In this document: one piece after another, positions 26,534-39,468 of the stretch | Numbering within the stretch: position 1 is the stretch's first letter | Layout of the letters: each line of letters begins with the position of its first letter | Assembly: GCA_002269645.1 (NCBI GenBank) | Contig: NIVC01002590.1 | Span: 62,001 to 126,000 of the forward strand | Reading direction: 5' to 3' | DNA from: Macrostomum lignano | Lineage: Eukaryota | DNA: 64,000 bases | Notes under the pieces: model-generated | Told to the model about the DNA's origin: nothing | Seen by the model: the letters and a program-made list of their open reading frames with translations, nothing else | Database searches by the model: none | Made by a program: the position numbers and the translations under genes

Positions 26534-28660
26534 GACACACAGGTGAGTATTTAGACACACAAGTGAGTATTTAGACACACAGGTGAGTGTATATAGACAC
26601 ACAGGTGAGTATTTAGACACACAGGTGAGTATTCAGACACACAGGTGAGTATTTAGACACACAGGTGAGTATTTAGACACACAGGTGAGTATTTAGACAC
26701 ACAGGTGAGTATTTAGACACACAGGTGAGTATTTAGACACACAGGTGAGTGTATATAGACACACAGGTGAGTATTTAGACACACAGGTGAGTATTCAGAC
26801 ACACAGGTGAGTATTTAGACACACAGGTGAGTATTTAGACACACAGGTGAGTATTTAGACACACAGGTGAGTATTTAGACACACAGGTGAGTATTTAGAC
26901 ACACAGGTGAGTATTTAGACACACAGGTGAGTATTCAGACACACAGGTGAGTATTTAGACACACAGGTGAGTATTTAGACACACAGGTGAGTATTTAGAC
27001 ACACAGGTGAGTATTTAGACGCACAGGTGAGTATTCAGACACACAAGAGAGTATTTAGACACACAGGTGAGTATTCAGACACACAGGTGAGTATTCAGAC
27101 ACACAGGTGAGTATTCAGACACACAGGTGAGTATTCAGACACACAGGTGAGTATTTAGACGCACAGGTGAGTATTCAGACACACAGGTGAGTATTCAGAC
27201 ACACAGGTGAGTATTTAGACGCACAGGTGAGTATTCAGACACACAAGAGAGTATTTAGACGCACAGGTGAGTATTTAGACACACAGGTGAGTATTCAAAC
27301 ACACAGGTGAGTATTTAGACGCACAGGTGAGTATTCAGACACACAGGTGAGTATTTAGACGCACAGGTGAGTATTCAGACACACAGGTGAGTATTTAGAC
27401 ACACAGGTGAGAAGCTCGTATTCAGACACACAGGTGAGTATTCAGACACACAGGTGAGTATTCAGACACACAGGTGAGTATTCAGACACACAGGTGAGTA
27501 TTTAGACACACAGGTGAGTGTATATAGACACACAGGTGAGAAGCTCGTATTCAGACACACAGGTGAGTGTATATAGACACACAGGTGAGTGTATATAGAC
27601 ATACAGGTGAGAAGCTCGTATTTAGACACACAGGTGAGTGTATATGGACACACAGGTGAGTGTATATAGACACACAGGTGAGAAGCTCGTATTTAGACAC
27701 ACAGGTGAGTGTATATGGACACACAGGTGAGTGTATATAGACACACAGGTGAGAAGCTCGTATTTAGACACACAGGTGAGTATTCAGACACACAGGTGAG
27801 TATTCAGACACACAGGTGAGTATTCAGACACACAGGTGAGTATTTAGACACACAGGTGAGTGTATATAGACACACAGGTGAGAAGCTCGTATTCAGACAC
27901 ACAGGTGAGTGTATATGGACACACAGGTGAGTGTATATAGACACACAGGTGAGAAGCTCGTATTTAGACACACAGGTGAGTGTATATAGACACACAGGTG
28001 AGAAGCTCGTATTCAGACACACAGGTGAGTGTATATAGACACACAGGTGAGAAGCTCGTATTTAGACACACAGGTGAGTGTATATAGACACACAGGTGAG
28101 AAGCTCGTATTCAGACACACAGGTGAGTGTATATAGACACACAGGTGAGAAGCTCGTATTCAGACACACAGGTGAGTGTATATAGACACACAGGTGAGTG
28201 TATATAGACACACGGGTGAGAAGCTCGTATTTAGACACACAGGTGAGTGTATATGGACACACAGGTGAGTGTATATAGACACACAGGTGAGAAGCTCGTA
28301 TTTAGACACACAGGTGAGTGTATATGGACACACAGGTGAGTGTATATAGACACACAGGTGAGAAGCTCGTATTTAGACACACAGGTGAGTATTCAGACAC
28401 ACAGGTGAGTATTCAGACACACAGGTGAGTATTTAGACACACAGGTGAGTGTATATAGACACACAGGTGAGAAGCTCGTATTCAGACACACAGGTGAGTG
28501 TATATAGACACACAGGTGAGAAGCTCGTATTCAGACACACAGGTGAGTGTATATAGACACACAGGTGAGTGTATATAGACACACGGGTGAGAAGCTCGTA
28601 TTTAGACACACAGGTGAGAAGCTCGTATTCAGACACACAGGTGAGTATTTAGACGCACAA
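26534..28660. repeat. Composite minisatellite with near-invariant core GACACACAGGTGAG (20-, 22- and 27-bp units)
   Basis: Units end in TATTTA/TATTCA, TGTATATA or AAGCTCGTATTTA. Confidence 0.96.
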
Positions 28661-29149
28661 ACTGATAGCTAAACAATTAACTGAAGAGTTACTCAGGTAA
28701 ACAAATACAAATAAGTGCGGCACTCCCCACAGCGGGCAGACGCACGTGTAGATTACGTAACTGGAGTAGCCTTGCCTGCATGACAGAAGCTTCAGTTTTC
28801 AGATTTTTATTAATAAAAAGCCGCAACAGTGGTGAACGGCAATTTCTGGTAGTTGCCAGCCAGAATGAGGCGCTGCTGCCTTCTCTTAATTCGAGTAGGC
28901 TCAACATTTCCTAACCACGCCGCTCAGAGCTGCGGGTCATGAAGCATTCGGACTTTTCAAGTGGCCACTTCACATCGCTTATCTGCTGCTTATGGCTGTG
29001 CCGAAAATGGCCGAATTTCGCGAGGCACTTCAATTTGCTTCAGTTGCTTTTTCTGCTTTGGTTATCGCGTTAATTGGGTTGCTGCTGCTGCTGCTGGTCC
29101 CAGCTTGTTTTTCAATGACGGGAGCTCGAAATAAGGGACTGAAGCAGTG

Positions 29150-29716
<567 letters not shown>

Positions 29717-30376
29717 AGCATCCTGTAGCAGGAAGCTGTCTCTTTCAAAAGCAGCAAACAAGCACCGGAAATTCTGCAACAAGTCACGCTTCAGGCGGAG
29801 AATTACTCTCGTGAAAAGCAGAACCCGGTCAAACCAGCGGCTTGCCACATGAATAGCGGGACCCCCGCTGAGAGGCGCTGAGAACTGCTCATAGTTATGA
29901 TTATTATTAATTCCCAATCTGCTTTGCCAGCTTTTTTCGAAAGTAATCACGTTTTGAGTCCCATTGCTAATACTCACTTGGCTAATAATTCTTGGTCATT
30001 CACACTTCATCAGTCAAACTAATATATAAGAATAATTTTATTCGAACCCGTTGGTTAGTGACTCAGTGAGACCCATACTCCATCATCAGGTGATTCACCT
30101 AGAGTCTCTGAGTAGCGCTGGGTAGGTAGGAGAGAGAGAGGACCCGTCAAAATTTTGAGCACGAGTCCGCCATGAAAGAGCAAAGACTCAAAATTGTGGT
30201 GGGGGCGAGGAGGATGAAGGCAGCTGGGGAGTCAGAGAGTTGAGATGGAGGTTAATTATTTCTTAATGCTGCTTCCTGACGTGCCGCATCCGGTGATGGA
30301 GGGCCTTCCACATCAGGTGGGAAGAGGAGGCGGCGCGTTTTGTTGCGATTCGGACAGTGCTTTTGACTTTTGACTT

Positions 30377-31262
30377 TTGACTGACTGACTGACTGACTGA
30401 CTGACTGACTGACTGACTGACTGACTGACTGACTGACTGACTGACTGACTGACTGACTGACTGACTGACTGACTGACTGACTGACTGACTGACTGACTGA
30501 CTGACTGACTGACTGACTGACTGACTGACTGACTGACTGACTGACTGACTGACTGACTGACTGACTGACTGACTGACTGACTGACTGACTGACTGACTGA
30601 CTGACTGACTGACTGACTGACTGACTGACTGACTGACTGACTGACTGACTGACTGACTGACTGACTGACTGACTGACTGACTGACTGACTGACTGACTGA
30701 CTGACTGACTGACTGACTGACTGACTGACTGACTGACTGACTGACTGACTGACTGACTGACTGACTGACTGACTGACTGACTGACTGACTGACTGACTGA
30801 CTGACTGACTGACTGACTGACTGACTGACTGACTGACTGACTGACTGACTGACTGACTGACTGACTGACTGACTGACTGACTGACTGACTGACTGACTGA
30901 CTGACTGACTGACTGACTGACTGACTGACTGACTGACTGACTGACTGACTGACTGACTGACTGACTGACTGACTGACTGACTGACTGACTGACTGACTGA
31001 CTGACTGACTGACTGACTGACTGACTGACTGACTGACTGACTGACTGACTGACTGACTGACTGACTGACTGACTGACTGACTGACTGACTGACTGACTGA
31101 CTGACTGACTGACTGACTGACTGACTGACTGACTGACTGACTGACTGACTGACTGACTGACTGACTGACTGACTGACTGACTGACTGACTGACTGACTAA
31201 CTGACTGACTGACTGACTGACTGACTGACTGACTGACCTGACTGACTGACTGACTGAGTGAC
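30377..31262. repeat. (GACT)n microsatellite, ~880 bp
   Basis: Direct observation. Confidence 0.98.
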
Positions 31263-31699
31263 TGATAAACCATGAAGTGATGGCGAGTTAACAAGCATTT
31301 TTTGAAACTTTAGACAATCTAATATACAAAAATGGTTCGTTATTTTTCAAATTTTTACAATAACACTTGCAAACGAAATTACTTTCTATTTATTCTATTT
31401 TTAATATATATTTTAATATAAAAAACGACAATAAGTACTTTGAGTAGTGAAAAAGCGAAGGCAGGAAATGTAAACTGCTTGAACAGTATAGCTGGGAAAT
31501 GCTAAGCCAACTGAGTGTGTTTTAGTAGATAATTCTAAGGCTCATATAAGTCTCTATGGAATGGATATGATTGGGATTACAGGTGTCTGAGGAAGAGATG
31601 AGACGGAGGCAGCGTCAGAGGTGATCTCAATGCATAAGGAAAATTTTGCCTCAAACATGATCAGTCAGCATCAGTAAGACATAACTGATTCCGTCAAGA

Positions 31700-34600
31700 T
31701 CAATAGCCAAACACCTGTGTCGTAGCAGAGGTGATGTCGCGCGAGCAGCTGTCAGCGACGGAGTCTGACGCCAGGCGGCCTCGGCAGGCCCGGCACTGAA
31801 TGCTGGCCGCTGCAGCTGCCGCAGGGTCTGCTGGCACCGAGTCATCGACGCCGAGCTCCGCAGTCAGCGTGGGCGATCGAGATCGTGGCAAAGGCTTGGC
31901 AACTGGCTGAGGCTGAGCAGTGAGCAGCGCTGGCGTCGGCTGTGGGCGGGACAGCTGGAACTCGACCAGGGACCAAGACTGCAGAGCAGACAGCACCAGC
32001 TGCAGAGCGAATTGAGAGTGCACTGCGGGACGGCGAGGGCGAGGGAGTCGGGGGGGGGGGCTCAGGAAACATGGTAGTAGTTAATGGCTTGTGAGATATT
32101 CAACGAGAACTTTAAGGATACTTCAGGAAAATTATGGAAAACATGGGAATGTAAATCACAACTGAGGCATTGCATGCATCTCAACATGCATTGGAGACAG
32201 GATTGTGTGGCAATAAAATGGGGATCATTCATCTATTTGGGGAATAAAACAGTGATCGATTTGGGGAATAAAACTGTAATCTACTTGGGGATTAAAACGG
32301 GGATCAATAATCTACTTCGGGAATAAACTGGGGATCAGTAATCTACTTGGGGAATAAACTTGGATAAATGACCCACTTAGGAATAAAATGGGGATAAATG
32401 ACCTACTTAGGAATAAAATATGGGGATAAATGAACCACTTAGGAATAAAATGGGGATCAATGATCTACTAGGGAAATAAACTGGGGATCAGTGATCTCTT
32501 TGGGGAATAAAACGGGGATTAATGATCTACTAAGGGAATAAAACGGGGATTAATGATCTACTAGGGGAATAAAACGGGGATTAATGATCTACTAGGGGAA
32601 TAAAACGGGGTTCAATGATCTACTAGGGGAATAAAACGGGGATCAATAATCTACTAGAGGAATAAAACGGGGATCAATAATCTACTAGAGGAATAAAACG
32701 GGGATCAATAATCTACTAGAGGAATAAAACAGGGATCAATAATCTACTAAGGGAATAAAACGGGATCAATAATCTACTAGAGGAATAAAACGGGGATCAA
32801 TAATCTACTAGGAGAATAAAACAGGGATCAATAATCTACTAAGGGAATAAAACAGGGATCAATAATCTACTAGAGGAATAAAACAGGGATCAATAATCTA
32901 CTAAGGGAATAAAACGGGGATCAATGATCTACTAAGGGAATAAAACAGGGATCAATAATCTACTAGAGGAATAAAACAGGGATCAATAATCTACTAAGGG
33001 AATAAAACAGGGATCAATAATCTACTAGAGGAATAAAACGGGGATCAATGATCTACTAAGGGAATAAAACAGGGATCAATAATCTACTAGAGGAATAAAA
33101 CAGGGATCAATAATCTACTAAGGGAATAAAACAGGGATCAATAATCTACTAGAGGAATAAAACGGGGATCAATAATCTACTAAGGGAATAAAACGCGGAT
33201 CAATGATCTACTAAGGGAATAAAACGGGGATTAATGATCTACTAGGGGAATAAAACGGGGTTCAATGATCTACTGGGGGAATAAAACGGGGATTAATGAT
33301 CTACTAGAGGAATAATACGGGGATCAATGATCTACTCAGGGAATAAAACGAGGATCAATGATCTACTCAGGGAATAAAACGGGGATCAATGATCTACTAA
33401 GGGAATAAAACGCGGATCAATGATCTACTAAGGGAATAAAACGGGGATTAATGATCTACTAGGGGAATAAAACGGGGTTCAATGATCTACTAGGGGAATA
33501 AAACGGGGATTAATGATCTACTAGAGGAATAATACGGGGATCAATGATCTACTCAGGGAATAAAACGAGGATCAATGATCTACTCAGGGAATAAAACGGG
33601 GATCAATGATCTACTAAGGGAATAAAACGCGGATCAATGATCTACTAAGGGAATAAAACGGGGATTAATGATCTACTAGGGGAATAAAACGGGGTTCAAT
33701 GATCTACTAGGGGAATAAAACGGGGATTAATGATCTACTAGAGGAATAATACGGGGATCAATGATCTACTCAGGGAATAAAACGGGGATCAATAATCTAC
33801 TCAGGGAATAAAAGGAGGGATCAGGGAGAGAATACTTAAGGAGATGGGGACCCCCAGGCTTATGCCACAGACCACTCCAAACTGGCCGCAAATTATGCCA
33901 CACAAGGAGACAATGCGCAGGTCAGAGAGCGGACTCAACAGCCACTCACCAGCGATCTCAGCGGCATTGGCGCCATCAGCCTTCCAGAAGTCGGCGACGT
34001 AAGCGGCGCTGTGCAGCCCCATCTGGGCGAGGCAGGCGCCGGCCAGCGGAACGAACTTGGCGCCAAGCCGGTAGCCGGGAAGCAGCGGCGGCCGGCGGCA
34101 GCAGCGGGCGACGAGGGCGACTGCGGCGAGGCTGCCGGCCAGGCGGGAGGCAGCGGCGAGGCCGCGCAGCCAGACGAGCCAGCCCTCCAGCGGGGGCTGC
34201 CAGGGCGGCTGCGGATCCGACCGGAGCTGCTGAGGCGGCCGGGCGCCGCCGTTGTCCAGCAGGATGGCAGCCGACACCGCCAGGTTGCAGCAGTGGAACA
34301 GCTGGCCCTGGCGCACCAGAGCCCGCGCCGTCAGCAGCTGGAATCTGGCAGTGGTGGCGCATCTTGCCCTGGGGGAGACTGGAAGCTAACTGGGGACAGT
34401 GGGGATGGCGGGGACGGTAGGGATGATGGGGATGATGGGGATGGTGGGAATGGTGGGGATGGTGAGGATGATGGGGATGGTGGGGATGGTGGGGATGGTG
34501 GGGATGATGGGGATGGTGGGGATGATGGGGATGGTGGGGATGGTGGGGATGGTGGGGATGGTGGGGATGGTGGGGATGATGGGGATGGTGGGGATGATGG

Positions 34601-37600
34601 GGATGGTGGGGATGGTGGAGATGATGGGGATGGTGGGGATGATGGGGATGGTGGGGATGATGGGGATGGTGGGGATGGTGGGGATGGTGGGGATGGTGGG
34701 GATGATGGGGATGGTGGGAATGGTGGGGATGGTGGGGATGGTGGGAATGGTGGGGATGGTGGGGATGAACAATGAGAGTAATAGAGAGATGGTGGGGATG
34801 GTGGGGATGGTGGGGATGATGGGGATGGTGGGGATGATGGGATGATGGGATGATGGGGATGGTGGGGATGGTGGGGATGGTGGGGATGGTGGGGATGGTG
34901 GGGATGGTGGGGATGGTGGGGATGGTGGGGATGAACAGTGAGAGTAATAGAGAGATGGTGGGGATGGTGGGGATGGTGGGGATGGTGGGGATGGTGGGGA
35001 TGATGGGGATGGTGGGGATGATGGGATGATGGGGATGGTGGGGATGATGGGATGATGGGGATGGTGGGGATGGTGGGGATGGTGGGGATGGTGGGGATGG
35101 TGGGGATGGTGGGGATGATGGGGATGGTGGGGATGATGGGGATGATGGGGATGGTGGGGATGATGGGATGGTGGGGATGGTGGGGATGGTGGGGATGGTG
35201 GGGATGGTGGGGATGGTGGGGATGGTGGGGATGGTGGGGATGAACAGTGAGAGTAATAGAGAGTAAGCAGGGAGCGAGTGGGATAGTGGGCAGGGAGGGG
35301 TTGGGATAATGGGAGGGGTTGGGATAATGTGCAGGGGTTGGGATAATGGGAGGGAGGGGTTGGGATAGTGGGCAGGGAGGGGTTGGGATAGTGGGCAGGG
35401 AGGGGTTGGGATATTGGGCAGGGAGGGGTTGGGATATTGGGCAGGGAGGGGTTGGGATATTGGGCAGGGAGGGGTTGGGATATTGGGCAGGGAGGGGTTG
35501 GGATAGTGGGCAGGGAGGGGTTGGGATATTGGGCAGGGAGGGGTTGGGATATTGGGCAGGGAGGGGTTGGGATATTGGGCAGGGAGGGGTTGGGATAGTG
35601 GGCAGGGAGGGGTTGGGATATTGGGCAGGGAGGGGTTGGGATATTGGGCAGGGAGGGGTTGGGATATTGGGCAGGGAGGGGTTGGGATATTGGGCAGGGA
35701 GGGGTTGGGATAGTGGGCAGGGAGGGGTTGGGATAGTGGGCAGGGAGGGGTTGGGATATTGGGCAGGGAGGGGTTGGGATAGTGGGCAGGGAGGGGTTGG
35801 GATATTGGGCAGGGAGGGGTTGGGATAGTGGGCAGGGAGGGGTTGGGATATTGGGCAGGGAGGGGTTGGGATAGTGGGCAGGGAGGGGTTGGGATATTGG
35901 GCAGGGAGGGGTTGGGATAGTGGGCAGGGAGGGGTTGGGATAGTGGGCAGGGAGGGGTTGGGATAGTGGGCAGGGAGGGGTTGGGATATTGGGCAGGGAG
36001 GGGTTGGGATAGTGGGCAGGGAGGGGTTGGGATATTGGGCAGGGAGGGGTTGGGATAGTGGGCAGGGAGGGGTTGGGATAGTGGGCAGGGAGGGGTTGGG
36101 ATAGTGGGCAGGGAGGGGTTGGGATATTGGGCAGGGAGGGGTTGGGATAGTGGGCAGGGAGGGGTTGGGATAGTGGGCAGGGAGGGGTTGGGATAGTGGG
36201 CAGGGAGGGGTTGGGATAGTGGGCAGGGAGGGGTTGGGATAGTGGGCAGGGAGGGGTTGGGATAGTGGGCAGGGAGTGAGTCGTGAGTGGGATAATTGGG
36301 AGAATTATCCAGATTCGAGCCCCTTACCTACTCCAAAGCGGCTTGGTCCTGAGCACGGCAACCCGCGCGCCGTCTTCGCAGCCAGTCTGGTCGGCGAGGG
36401 CGCGCCGGGGGCCCAGAATGAAGCGAATAGCGCCGAATTTGAAGGCCAGAAGATTTGCCAACTCGTTAAAAGCGACCATGGAATACCTGAAAATTAGTTC
36501 AAGTATTTCTGCTTATTTACCTAGTTTACAGGTGTCATAAATTAATAAGCGGCAAACTCACGCTGCCATCAGCACGTGCATGAACTCGGCCGATTTTGGC
36601 ACCAGTATTGCCAAACAAATCAGCCATTGGTACACCTGGAGGGCAGGTTGGGAGTGCATCAGGTTCAGGTATTTCCTTTTACTAGTGATAATGGAATGAA
36701 ATAATTGAATAGTTTTAAGACGTCCAACAGACAAGGTAAAACGTAAACAAGGTGAAAAGTGAAGTGCTTGCGCCGTCGGCTAATAAAAAAACTGCATTTT
36801 TCTACTATTATCAGTAGCAAAAGTAGCGTGTTTTATATTTTTAATGAAATAAAAACTATAAAATCTGTGGGGTACTGCTGTAAGAATTTCATTTTTAATA
36901 ACGCAGCAATACGCTCAGCTACTCAGATACACGCACCGGAAACAGGGCGGTCAGGTTTGAGGCCAGGGTCAGGTGAGAATGCGACAGGCGGTCTCTGACC
37001 ATGGCGCCCATGCGAGTGGCGTACAGGCAGGCGCCGGCCGCGGCCAGGGTCAGGCAGACTGCGGTCTCCGCTTTGCCCACCGTTGGCAGGGCTGCGGTGA
37101 ATAAATGGAAAATGGGAATCAGTGTTTAGTTAGGCGTGGGATCGGTATACAATCTGGCACAACCTGACACTCACTGGCTGACACAACCTGACACTCACTG
37201 GCTAACACAACCTGACACCCACAGGCTGACACAACCTGACACAACCTGACACTCACTGGGTGACACAACCTGACACTCACTGGCTGACACAACCTGACAC
37301 CCACAGGTTGACACAACCTGACACCAACTGGCTGACAGTCCAACTAAACCTGACACACGCTGGCTGGCTGACAGTGACAATCCAGAACAACCTAACACGC
37401 TGACACTCTCAAGTGACAACACAATGGAAATTAATGCTATTTACTTTGTGTATAAAATTTGACAGACATCACGACACTTCAGCATAATCTGACGCAGTCT
37501 GACTAGCATTCTAACAGTCTGACCTGAAACACTAAAGCATACTAAACAGTAAACACCAACAATCAAAGTTAATCTGAGACGATGCTTTATTAAAGGAAGT

Positions 37601-37773
37601 CTTGGTCTCGGTTTGTACCATTCTGCTTAAAAAAGCAGGATTTTTAACACCCCTACACAGCAAGACTCACTTGTAATGTAAGCCAGACCGCTCTGCGCTT
37701 CCACATCTGAAGAAGCAGGCGGTGTTCCGTTCGTGACTTGGCCAGATTGGCACAGTGGGGGTTGCTGTCCCAT
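31700..37773 (-). CDS. slc51a: Organic solute transporter alpha (OST-alpha/SLC51A, TMEM184-related)-like multi-pass membrane protein, ~410 aa; exons (minus) 37773-37671, 37091-36937, 36635-36562, 36486-36328, 34368-33950, 32022-31700
   Basis: Six exons join through GT-AG junctions with matching phases (1,0,2,2,1) into one stop-free frame. Motifs ALFPVYQWLICLAILVPKS, YSMVAFNELANLLAFKFG, LRTKP, RFQLL...AILLDNG, WLVWLRG...LPGYRLGAKF resemble OST-alpha segments I recall (VLCCFGLWIPRS, FYAVCFYLL...GFGG, LGEQNMGAKF). The family call is by eye, with no database search. Confidence 0.78.
32290..33815. repeat. 31-bp minisatellite GGGAATAAAACGGGGATCAATGATCTACTA(A/G) in OST-alpha-like intron 5
   Basis: Tandem copies; each carries AATAAA on the + strand (antisense to the host gene). 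Confidence 0.94.
34395..35245. repeat. 9-bp repeat GGGGATG(G/A)T in OST-alpha-like intron 4
   Basis: Tandem copies interrupted by GAACA(A/G)TGAGAGTAATAGAGA spacers. Confidence 0.93.
35290..36275. repeat. 23-bp G-rich minisatellite GGGCAGGGAGGGGTTGGGATA(G/T)T in OST-alpha-like intron 4
   Basis: Tandem copies with four G-runs per unit. Confidence 0.95.
37150..37400. repeat. ~24-bp minisatellite CTGACACAACCTGACACTCACTGG in OST-alpha-like intron 1
   Basis: Same unit as the 45840-46840 array. Confidence 0.85.
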
Positions 37774-39468
37774 TGCATTGATTTTAGGCTTTGGTGGATT
37801 GAAGGCGCAGTTCTACTCAGAACTCATTAATTAATTTAAATATTTCCACCCTTGGACTATCAATTATCTGCTGAACTATCGGCTATTTTAATTGATTTTA
37901 ATCGTGGTCTGGTTGATTTAGCCCTGCGTGCCTAGGCGTCTGGCTCAGAAGATTGGGGTGGTTGTAGCCGATGTACATAGCCAGAGCCAATGTACATTAA
38001 ATCCCTAACCCTCCCCCGCATGTACAAAGGGCGGGCCACTTTCTCTTTTACTACTCTACCAGAAGTCTTTACCCCAAACCGTTCACCCCGTGCACAATCA
38101 AATTAGGCAACGTTTCACGCGCAATGTTCAAGGCCATGCAAATTGGTGTACAAGTTGGATGTTTAGTCCACAGAACCACAGAAAGTTCTGCGGTTTAGCC
38201 TTCATTAATTATAGTGAACGAGAACCGAGTCCAAACGAAAAATGAATACAGGAAGCATAATATTCTATTTGATTTTGTTCATAAGCTACATACGGGGCTT
38301 ATGAACAAATTGATTTAAACAAAAAATTCTCAAGTTTTTATAAGATACCGTATTTTGATCGTTTTTTGATATTTCATAAACGGAAAGTTGTATAGTAATC
38401 GTTTTTTTATGTTTTACATTTACATATACTAATATCTGTTTTCTAAAATTTGAAAAAAAAGTTGTTATAAAAGAGGAAGACTGAAAAAAGATATAATTTT
38501 TAATATGCGTCCTGCTTTATAACGACTATACTAGTAGCTTTTAAATATAATTTTTATTACTAACTGATTTGTTATACTTTCTTAGCAAAGCTTTTATAAA
38601 CGACTATATTTCAGCATCAACCATAATGAATACTTATCAGGATGCGATGAAGAAGATGCGATATATTATTAAATAATCAATAACATTGTAGAGGGACGCC
38701 CGTTGCTCTTGATATTGTTCCCACGAAAAATTCTTCAAACTGGAATGAACAAAAAATTTTTATTCAGTCAAATAAGTCTTTTTTTAATAAATATATGAAA
38801 ACGTGCTCAAGCATCCACTAGGAGCTCTTATTCCTAAACTTATTCGGAACACTCATTCTAAAGCCATTAATTGTTTTGTTGGAAGAAAAGTTTGCTATTT
38901 TGTTTGCTAGATGGCCTAGGTTAATAATGCGACATGCTGTCGGATTACAAAAGTGAGCCTTTAGCAGCGAATATTGTTATTTCTCACGGAAAGTCCGCAT
39001 TAAAAACTGCAATTAACATAAATGAAAAACAGAGATCTATAAATAGTATTCCGAAATCTGAGTGCGTATGCAATAAATTCATTTGCAGAGACAGGTGTAC
39101 AAATTAATAATTTTTCTGGTAAACTCGGGCTTTTGTCATAGTTTCAGCAGGCCACTAGTCGGAGTTGTCTTCATCTCTTTCGGCGAATATTTACACTGAA
39201 AATAGTTGTCAAAAACACTCCCCAGTGACTAAAGTGCTGCAAAACAATGCATAAAGTTTAAAGCGGTATTTACGCCGGGTGAGAGCAGCCACCAGCAGTG
39301 CAGAGGCGACTCGAAGCAAGAAAAAACTGTTGCCTTCATTTAGCCAGCCAACACCCTCTGTTTTCGAATAATAGCTCCTATATTGTCTCTCTGCTTACCA
39401 CCCACCCGCCCATAAAAACAAGCTTCATCTCAGAGTGAATTATTTAGACAACCGACAATTTAGCGCTC

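Noticed and set aside
26534-28660. CRISPR-like appearance (constant core plus variable tail); the same applies to the 22-, 30- and 31-bp arrays
   Set aside because: The variable parts are a few recurring 6-13-nt variants, not unique spacers. There are no cas genes and the context is eukaryotic.
34011-34845. Gly/Asp-rich (GDGGD) and MVG/IPT repeat ORFs
   Set aside because: They derive from the 9-bp intronic repeat plus the antisense of OST-alpha exon 5.
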